IMG/VR virus record: IMGVR_UViG_3300022920_000001
Location: 1-5,534 of that record
DNA length: 5,534 nucleotides
Origin: a virus
Reading direction: 5' to 3' (one strand)
Shown: piece by piece, positions 1-5,259 of the stretch
How the letters are laid out: the number at the start of each line of letters is the position of its first letter
Position numbering within the stretch: the stretch's first letter is position 1
The notes under the pieces: model-generated
What the model was told of the DNA's origin: nothing
Database searches by the model: none
Seen by the model: the letters and a program-made list of their open reading frames with translations, nothing else
Program-made: the position numbers and the translations under genes

Positions 1-127
1 GGAGTTCATACCGTGGTGTTAACATAACAAATAGACTACTAAATCTAGTGAGTATGAAAAAAGTGTTTTACTATCTACAGAAAGTATGAAACACAATATA
101 CAGCAGAAACGAATCCACAAAACGCTA
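1..127. repeat. Terminal redundancy copy 1 (wrap-around of the circular genome)
   Basis: Read directly: ggagttcataccgtggtgttaacataac...gaatccacaaaacgcta is identical to 5408-5534. Confidence 0.97.
14..39 (+). promoter_or_regulatory. Candidate (+)-strand replication origin-like motif (second copy at 5421-5446 in the redundancy)
   Basis: tggtgttaacataacaaatagactac aligns by eye with the remembered phiX174 origin core TGATATTAATAACACTATAGACCAC. About 20 of 27 alignment columns match, including the TTAA, TAACA and ATAGAC blocks. It lies in the non-coding region just 3' of Rep and contains the 8-bp palindrome tgttaaca (17-24). Confidence 0.25.
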
Positions 128-137
128 TAGTATGTGA

Positions 138-167
138 TTTACATATTATAAATTATGCGTTTATACA
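138..167 (+). promoter_or_regulatory. Candidate sigma70-type promoter for the structural gene block
   Basis: The -35-like element is tttaca (138-143). An 18-nt AT-rich spacer follows, then the -10-like element tataca (162-167), about 25 nt upstream of the first ORF at 192. Consensus matches are only partial (5/6 and 4/6). Confidence 0.25.
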
Positions 168-191
168 CCCCAAGGGGTAGTAGAGAGCCAT

Positions 192-380
192 ATGTATAAA
201 TTTCTATTAATAGAAATCGCAAAACCAATCATCCGACGTGCTGGAACAGCTATGGGCGCCGCCCTTGTCGGTCTTGGTGTTGCATCAGATCAAGCCATTC
301 AGATTGAAACAGCGTCAATATCGCTGCTGCTAATCATGGCCGATCTAATTTTATCCCATTTAGAAAGGAATAAACCATGA
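192..380 (+). CDS. Small hydrophobic protein, 62 aa, with two short hydrophobic segments and a charged C-terminus (holin-like topology, function unknown)
   Basis: This is the first ORF after the non-coding region. Hydrophobic segments are AGTAMGAALVGLGVA and ISLLLIMADLILSHL, with the tail ERNKP. Its stop overlaps the next ATG (ATGA at 377-380). The Shine-Dalgarno is weak (gagag). Confidence 0.5.
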   Translation: MYKFLLIEIAKPIIRRAGTAMGAALVGLGVASDQAIQIETASISLLLIMADLILSHLERNKP

Positions 381-469
381 AGAACATTCACAACATTGCG
401 CACGGCGCAGTTGCTGGAACCCTCATTTCACTAGCCCTGTTTGGGCCTATGATCATGGGGTTTGTCTAA
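377..469 (+). CDS. Mini membrane protein, 30 aa (MKNIHNIAHGAVAGTLISLALFGPMIMGFV), not in the supplied ORF track
   Basis: Translated by hand. The Shine-Dalgarno aagga (365-369) lies 7 nt upstream of ATG 377. ATG overlaps the upstream stop (ATGA). Its TAA (467-469) overlaps the next ATG (TAATG at 467-471). It has a single hydrophobic helix-length segment and exactly fills the gap between the two neighbouring ORFs. Confidence 0.5.
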   Translation: MKNIHNIAHGAVAGTLISLALFGPMIMGFV

Positions 470-1161
470 TGTTTGGTGCTTTGATGACGTGGTTGGCCAC
501 GCCTGGAGCCTCTACTTTAGTTGGCGCAGGTACTGCAGCGGTGTCTACATACGCTCAGTCAAGAAATGCTGAGAAAATGGCAAACCAAGGCACTGACCTT
601 GGAAAGCTTCGTAGCGAAGCAGAAGCAAACGGCTTTAACCCCCTCACCGTGTTGCGCGCAACTGGTGGTCAAGGGTTTAAGCAAAACGTAAGTATGGGTT
701 CAGGTGCGTTAGCTAGTGCATCGTTTTTTAACGCTTTTGCAGGATTGGGTCAAAACATTGCCCAAGCAAAACAGCAAGAAGCAACATTGAAAAACACGTT
801 AGCATCTACAGCTTATTACACAGCGCAATCACGTGCTTTGTCAACAAGCGCGGTTTCTCAGGTTGCGGCTATACCCGACAATATTATTGCTTCAATACCA
901 GCAGCCTCACCTGTTACGACCAGCAAGTTGGCCGTTCACGGTTCAACAGGTCATGTGGTCGATCCCAAGCTTCATTATTTATACGAAGTTTATGTAAAGT
1001 CAGACGGTTCTACAGGTACCCGTATCGCAGGTGACGATTGGGGTGAACAGCTGGTTAATATGTCTACAATAGCGCTTGACGAAGTAGCGCGTAGTAAACG
1101 TGCCGCTTCGGGATGGCTTTCTAAGCCTTATCTCGAATCAGGCCAATTTGATCCCTTTTAG
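469..1161 (+). CDS. Putative DNA pilot / minor capsid protein (phiX H or gokushovirus VP2 analogue), 230 aa
   Basis: The N-terminus is hydrophobic and Gly/Ala-rich (MFGALMTWLATPGASTLVGAGTAAV). It is followed by a charged helix and an ANGFNPLTVL motif reminiscent of the GxNP motifs in microvirus pilot proteins. Composition is Ala/Ser/Gln-rich. It is the second-largest structural-block ORF and is adjacent to the capsid gene. Confidence 0.7.
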   Translation: MFGALMTWLATPGASTLVGAGTAAVSTYAQSRNAEKMANQGTDLGKLRSEAEANGFNPLTVLRATGGQGFKQNVSMGSGALASASFFNAFAGLGQNIAQAKQQEATLKNTLASTAYYTAQSRALSTSAVSQVAAIPDNIIASIPAASPVTTSKLAVHGSTGHVVDPKLHYLYEVYVKSDGSTGTRIAGDDWGEQLVNMSTIALDEVARSKRAASGWLSKPYLESGQFDPF

Positions 1162-1168
1162 GTGAACA

Positions 1169-1240
1169 ATGGCCTGTAAGCGCTGCAAAAAAATACGAAA
1201 AATTATCAAGTCAATCATTCAAAGGAGAAACTCGAAATGA
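1169..1240 (+). CDS. 23-aa highly basic peptide (MACKRCKKIRKIIKSIIQRRNSK), a candidate J/VP8-like DNA-binding packaging protein, not in the supplied ORF track
   Basis: Translated by hand. It has 10 Lys/Arg in 23 residues and no acidic residues. The Shine-Dalgarno-like aggtg (1160-1164) lies 4 nt upstream. Its stop overlaps the capsid ATG (ATGA at 1237-1240). It sits immediately 5' of the major capsid gene, as gene J does relative to gene F in phiX174-like phages. Confidence 0.55.
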   Translation: MACKRCKKIRKIIKSIIQRRNSK

Positions 1241-2901
1241 GAATGAATGAACTAATCCCGAACCAACCTATTGCGGTACAGAAGTCCCGCCGCAACGCGC
1301 GTGGGCGTGTACTCACTTCAGGTGATGCAGGTAAAATTCTGCCGCTAAAATACGAATGGTTACACCGCGAGGACGGCGTTCAATCAGGTAAGATCCGCGT
1401 AAACGTGGAGATGCAAGAAACTGCAGAACTCTTGATGAACGGAGTGGGCGTCACTTGTTACGCACACTTTGTACCAATGCTTGCATTTGACCGTTTTAAC
1501 GGTTCAATGGATGAACTTAACCGCTCCTATAAGGGCGAAAACGGCGCAGCTGGTAGCGTAGTTCCGTTTTTTGAGTCTAATAAATTCTACAATCATTATA
1601 CTAATGGTGTAGCGGAATTTGCTCAAGAAGACAGACTTACTATTGATACGGATAATGATCCGTGGTGGGCAAGTAATATTCATGCACCTAAGTTTTTACA
1701 GACAATGGGTATTCATACACAATCTACGAATTATAACACAACAATTGTTGAGGCATACAACGCGATCGTAAACATGCGTCGTAAAGCACGTTCTAAGTCG
1801 CTGCCATTACGCAACGCATTTGACCACTCGCTTGCAGAGGCGTTTTGGATCAATAACGGGATGCAAAATATTGTCCCAGATTTCGATCAGTCATTGATCG
1901 ATGGGCAAGTATCTTTGAGCGGTTTGACATTTCAAGCGCCAATCACAGCACCCCAATCCAGTTGGGGTTCTACAGATAACCCACAATCTGGCACGGGTGT
2001 TATAGGCAGTCCCCGCGGTTCTTCCGATTGGGACGGTTCTAAGCATGTTTGGAATGATGTTTTCGCCGAGCTAACGGCTGGCGGTAATGCAACAATGTCT
2101 CTCGCAGATATTGAGCAAGCACGCAAAACAGCATCATTTGCAAAATTGCGTTCAATGTATGATGGCGTTGACGACGAACACATTATTGATTTGTTGATGT
2201 CTGGTATTCGAGTACCAGACGAAGCGTTAAAACAGCCTATTTTATTGGGCCGTCAGCGCGCAATGATGGGCTTTAATCAACGTTACGCTACAGATGGCGG
2301 TAACTTGGATGACAGCGCAACAAACGGTTACGCAACGATTGATATGAACATTCGCACACCTGCGATGAATACTGGCGGCGTGATTATGATCACTGCCGAG
2401 ATCGTTCCGGAACAACTATGGGAACGCAAGAAAGATTATTTCTTGTACACAACAGATCCAGATACGTTGCCAAACTATCTTCGTGATGTGTTGGACCCAG
2501 AAAAAGTGGCCGTTGTCAAAAACGACCACGCAGATGTCAATCACGCAACACCAGACAGCACTTTTGGTTATGCTCCGCTTAACCACCAGTGGCAAAAAGA
2601 CATGGTGAATGTAGGTGGTAAATATTACCGCCCTGCTAATGATGCTTTTGACGAAGATCGCGCAAAGATTTGGACAGCAGAAGCTACAAATCCAAGTTTA
2701 AATGAAGACTTTTATTTGGTGTCAGAACTTCACAAGAAAGTATTCAGCGATCAGGTATCAGACAGTTTCGAAATCACTGCACTTACCGATTTTAATATCG
2801 TGGGCAACACAGTGTTCGGCGCAGGTCTGCATGAGTCAGATGCAACTTCTGACTATGACGTAATCACTTCGCAAGTCGACGAAACACGTATTGACAAGTG
2901 A
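1237..2901 (+). CDS. Major capsid protein (Microviridae F/VP1 family), 554 aa
   Basis: This is the largest ORF and is the size typical of VP1. Shine-Dalgarno aaggag (1222-1227) lies 9 nt upstream. The N-terminal layout (GxxLPL...; hydrophobic strand plus HFVP) resembles the conserved GxLxP...FFVP region of microvirus capsids. Genome context supports the call. A second in-frame ATG at 1243 is an alternative start. Confidence 0.92.
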   Translation: MRMNELIPNQPIAVQKSRRNARGRVLTSGDAGKILPLKYEWLHREDGVQSGKIRVNVEMQETAELLMNGVGVTCYAHFVPMLAFDRFNGSMDELNRSYKGENGAAGSVVPFFESNKFYNHYTNGVAEFAQEDRLTIDTDNDPWWASNIHAPKFLQTMGIHTQSTNYNTTIVEAYNAIVNMRRKARSKSLPLRNAFDHSLAEAFWINNGMQNIVPDFDQSLIDGQVSLSGLTFQAPITAPQSSWGSTDNPQSGTGVIGSPRGSSDWDGSKHVWNDVFAELTAGGNATMSLADIEQARKTASFAKLRSMYDGVDDEHIIDLLMSGIRVPDEALKQPILLGRQRAMMGFNQRYATDGGNLDDSATNGYATIDMNIRTPAMNTGGVIMITAEIVPEQLWERKKDYFLYTTDPDTLPNYLRDVLDPEKVAVVKNDHADVNHATPDSTFGYAPLNHQWQKDMVNVGGKYYRPANDAFDEDRAKIWTAEATNPSLNEDFYLVSELHKKVFSDQVSDSFEITALTDFNIVGNTVFGAGLHESDATSDYDVITSQVDETRIDK

Positions 2902-2906
2902 TAAAT

Positions 2907-2933
2907 GCAGGGGAGGTCCTCCCCCTCCCCTGC
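2907..2933 (+). terminator. GC-rich hairpin downstream of the capsid gene (10-bp perfect stem, 7-nt loop)
   Basis: gcaggggagg (2907-2916) is the exact reverse complement of cctcccctgc (2924-2933). The loop is tcctccc. It begins 6 nt after the capsid stop and is followed by cccaaaaattt rather than a clean U-tract, so the terminator role is uncertain. Confidence 0.55.
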
Positions 2934-2956
2934 CCCAAAAATTTAAGGATGATAAA

Positions 2957-3484
2957 ATGAAAACGTTGAAAAACGGTCCACTATCCGCGTGGAAACAAGT
3001 CGAGGCTGGCCGCGTTATTGAGTTTCTCTCAACTAAACCGCGCCATGTTAAATTTCAAATTACCGCTAACTCGCCTGTCGAGATTTGGGCGGCGTCTGAC
3101 GAAGAAATGAGCGATGGTGTGCTTATTGGCGCATCAGACGAAAAAGTAGCTGTGGAATACACAGCAAACGGCACGAGCTATGTCTTGATCAAAGCAGAGA
3201 AAAAAGCAGCCGTATATATAAACGCAGCAGACGTTGACCAAACGGTGCCTCAAGGCGAGAAACCAAGTTTCACAAGCATTGAGCCACGGGTGCGTAATAA
3301 CACTGAGTTTGATCGTATGATGCAGTACGTAAAACTCAATGAGCAGCGCCGCGAAGCGGAGCTAGCCACAGAGCGCGCAGCATTGCGCGCAGAGATGGCT
3401 AAACTGGGTTCAGCTACCCCTGTAGCGGAACCAGTACCAGAGGAGTCTACAGACGATGCTGAAGGAGCTGAGACCACTTCTTAA
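2957..3484 (+). CDS. Hypothetical protein, 175 aa (possible scaffolding or accessory structural protein)
   Basis: I prefer ATG 2957, with Shine-Dalgarno aagga (2945-2949) 7 nt upstream, over the TTG 2891 start given in the track. No motif was recognised. The N-terminal two thirds look beta-rich. The C-terminus has a charged helix (EQRREAELATERAALRAEMAKLG) and an acidic tail (PEESTDDAEGAETTS). It lies between the capsid and peptidase genes. Confidence 0.75.
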   Translation: MKTLKNGPLSAWKQVEAGRVIEFLSTKPRHVKFQITANSPVEIWAASDEEMSDGVLIGASDEKVAVEYTANGTSYVLIKAEKKAAVYINAADVDQTVPQGEKPSFTSIEPRVRNNTEFDRMMQYVKLNEQRREAELATERAALRAEMAKLGSATPVAEPVPEESTDDAEGAETTS

Positions 3485-4064
3485 GCTCCTAAGGTGGGTG
3501 CGGTTATTTGACCGCATCCACAAAGGCCCAAAAAGTGAGTTCGTTTCTACGGATCACATAGAGGCCGCAAGGAGTTTGGCTGACCCAGACGCTTCAGAAA
3601 AGCTATGGGTAAAAATAGAAGCCACAAACAACGATTATAGATATTCACACCCCGAAATAGTCATATTTTGGAAGGCCATGTTTAAACACATGAAGGCACG
3701 CGGCATACCTGTACGCGCCTTTGAATTTACGCGTTCAATGGAACGTCAAAACGAGTTGTTCGATACAGGTCGCACGAAAGCACGTGCCGGCCAAAGTCCA
3801 CATCAAATACACACTTTTCGTATGGAGTCGAAAGACCCAATCACGGGAGTTGTGTTAAAAACGTATAAAGATTGCAGCGCGGCCGTGGATATAATCCACG
3901 CTACACGCGGTTGGAATCTAACGAAAAAAGAGTGGGATGTCGTTGGCGCTATCGGCAAGGAAATCGCACGTAAAAGAAACATTGACATTGAATGGGGCGG
4001 GGACTGGCAGTTCTACGATCCCGCACATTGGCAATTAAAAAGTTGGAAGACGCTACTGCACTAA
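3456..4064 (+). CDS. Zinc D,D-/L,D-peptidase of the M15 (VanY / phage L-alanoyl-D-glutamate endopeptidase-like, LAS superfamily) type, a putative endolysin, 202 aa
   Basis: The motif order is typical of M15 cell-wall peptidases: TRSMERQNELF, then AGQSPH (His116, nt 3801-3803), then AAVDIIH (Asp145, nt 3888-3890), then WGGDW...DPAHW (His191, nt 4026-4028). Shine-Dalgarno aggag (3441-3445) lies 10 nt upstream of ATG 3456. The ORF overlaps the upstream ORF by 29 nt. Confidence 0.85.
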   Translation: MLKELRPLLKLLRWVRLFDRIHKGPKSEFVSTDHIEAARSLADPDASEKLWVKIEATNNDYRYSHPEIVIFWKAMFKHMKARGIPVRAFEFTRSMERQNELFDTGRTKARAGQSPHQIHTFRMESKDPITGVVLKTYKDCSAAVDIIHATRGWNLTKKEWDVVGAIGKEIARKRNIDIEWGGDWQFYDPAHWQLKSWKTLLH

Positions 4065-4071
4065 CAACGTA

Positions 4072-4118
4072 GGCCCCCCGAAAACGTAAACTCCATATAT
4101 TGGAGTTTTCGGGGGGCC
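4072..4118 (+). terminator. Long GC-rich bulged hairpin between the peptidase and Rep genes
   Basis: ggccccccgaaaac (4072-4085) is the exact reverse complement of gttttcggggggcc (4105-4118). An inner stem tcca/tgga (4092-4095 / 4101-4104) surrounds the loop tatat. An alternative 8-bp stem is aaactcca/tggagttt (4088-4095 / 4101-4108). It begins 8 nt after the peptidase stop and has no U-tract after it. Confidence 0.55.
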
Positions 4119-4179
4119 GGCACCATATCGCTCTAGTTACGATATATGCATTTAGTGACACCAAACGAGGTAAAGAAAG

Positions 4180-5259
4180 ATGTGTATTTGCCCAAATACT
4201 TTAGATTGCGGTACTGAGGTTGCGTGTCGCGAATGCTGGCAATGCCGAAAACGAAGAGTCAACGATCTCGTTGGAAGATGCATTGCCGAAAGTAAGTTTT
4301 CAGAAAAAACTTACGCTATAACGTTAACGTACAAGCCCACAGAGGGCGTTAACGCAGTGACATTGATTTATAAAGACGTCCAAGATTTTCTCAAAAGATT
4401 ACGTAAGAAATATAAATGTCGCTACATCGTCACTGGAGAATACGGAAGTGCGAAAGGGAGAGCTCATTGGCACATAATTGTATTTTTCAAAGACAATTAC
4501 CCGGAGGTCGACACAAACAAACGGGTTGATTGGAAGTATTGGCCGCACGGCCTTGTATATTTCCAAGAACCCGATTGGAAAGGTTTTGAATACTGTTTGA
4601 AATACGTCCTGAAAGATCAGACGTCACGAACAGCAGACAGCCACTTGGCGATGTCTAAAAAACCTCCACTTGGCGCAGAGTATTTTGAGTGGCTAGCGGA
4701 TGAACACGTGGCCCAAGGCCTCGCTCCGCAAACGTACTTCTACAAATTTGGAGACGTACGGGACGCCAAAAACCGAGACAAAAGCTTCATAATGACAGGT
4801 AAAACAAAGGAAAACTTTATGGAAAGATTTCTTCAAAAATGGGTTGAGCAATATGATTCTGAACCCTTATCTGAGATTGTAGACGAATATTTCGATAAAA
4901 TCACAGAAATAGAATATACCGATGAAGAGCTGATCAAGCGATTACATTATAAGCCCGTCAGATATACCTCCCCAGCCGCTCAGCAGCGAGAAGCTGCGCA
5001 CAATCCTATGGATTACGCAATTCTTCACGAATTAGTTTACCGCGGCATACCGCTTGCGGTGTGGGAGTATGACGACAAATTTCATATCATAACGGAGAAC
5101 GACGAATGGCAAGAAGATCGAAAAGAAGTAGTCGAAGAAATCAAAAAACGGTCCAGAACCCTACGCAAGCGCAGCGCCAGCGAAATACGGCGCAAAGAGT
5201 GGCAAGAATTGGAGAACAATTCAGAGGGTATAGCCCTCTCGCCACAGGAGTACGCGTAA
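4180..5259 (+). CDS. Rolling-circle replication initiation protein (HUH endonuclease; phiX A / gokushovirus VP4 family), 359 aa
   Basis: Motif I is AITLTY. Motif II is GRAHWHIIVF (HWH at nt 4465-4473). Motif III has paired catalytic tyrosines, YCLKYVLK (nt 4591-4605), matching the YxxKY arrangement of phiX174 protein A. The N-terminus has a Cys cluster (C2, C4, C10, C16, C19, C22). Shine-Dalgarno gaggt (4167-4171) lies 8 nt upstream. Confidence 0.95.
   Translation: MCICPNTLDCGTEVACRECWQCRKRRVNDLVGRCIAESKFSEKTYAITLTYKPTEGVNAVTLIYKDVQDFLKRLRKKYKCRYIVTGEYGSAKGRAHWHIIVFFKDNYPEVDTNKRVDWKYWPHGLVYFQEPDWKGFEYCLKYVLKDQTSRTADSHLAMSKKPPLGAEYFEWLADEHVAQGLAPQTYFYKFGDVRDAKNRDKSFIMTGKTKENFMERFLQKWVEQYDSEPLSEIVDEYFDKITEIEYTDEELIKRLHYKPVRYTSPAAQQREAAHNPMDYAILHELVYRGIPLAVWEYDDKFHIITENDEWQEDRKEVVEEIKKRSRTLRKRSASEIRRKEWQELENNSEGIALSPQEYA

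Noticed and set aside
1-127. Terminal direct repeats as a biological feature (LTR-like, attachment sites or a transposon boundary)
   Set aside because: The repeat is exact and runs to the very ends of the window. The enclosed unit is a complete microvirus gene set of canonical size. Linearisation or assembly overlap of a circular genome is the simplest explanation.
54-130. Two tiny overlapping ORFs in the non-coding region (11 aa at 54-89 and 14 aa at 86-130)
   Set aside because: There is no convincing Shine-Dalgarno. They are very short and lie in an AT-rich region where ATG and stop codons are frequent. They are kept only as part of the repeated-motif observation, not as genes.
1932-2183. 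83-aa minus-strand ORF inside the capsid gene
   Set aside because: It is fully embedded antisense in the best-supported gene. Microviruses transcribe only from the complementary strand template, so all genes lie on the + strand. The product is low-complexity Ser/Pro/Ala-rich, mirroring the Ser/Gly/Pro-rich capsid loop. I saw no Shine-Dalgarno.
2891-2956. TTG-initiated N-terminal extension of the 175-aa ORF (MTSDKCRGGPPPPLPQKFKDDK) as given in the ORF track
   Set aside because: The start would lie inside the capsid gene. The extension is translated through the perfect 10-bp GC hairpin, which yields the poly-Pro run. ATG 2957 has a proper Shine-Dalgarno at 7-nt spacing.
3250-3477. 75-aa minus-strand ORF antisense to the 175-aa ORF
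   Set aside because: It is antisense to a + strand gene in a single-strand-coded phage. The Ser/Ala-rich low-complexity translation is typical of the reverse frame of a charged, Ala-rich coding region.
3803-3988. 61-aa minus-strand ORF antisense to the peptidase gene
   Set aside because: It is embedded antisense in a gene with clear M15 motifs. It has no recognisable features and is of minimal length.
4155-4160. gtgaca as a -35 element of a Rep-specific promoter
   Set aside because: No acceptable -10 hexamer lies at 16-19 nt spacing. That position falls on the Shine-Dalgarno and start codon of Rep.
3949-4164. 71-aa minus-strand ORF spanning the peptidase 3' end and the GC hairpin
   Set aside because: It is antisense and reads straight through the 4072-4118 hairpin. 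No motif was seen. A chance ORF plus palindromic sequence explains it better.
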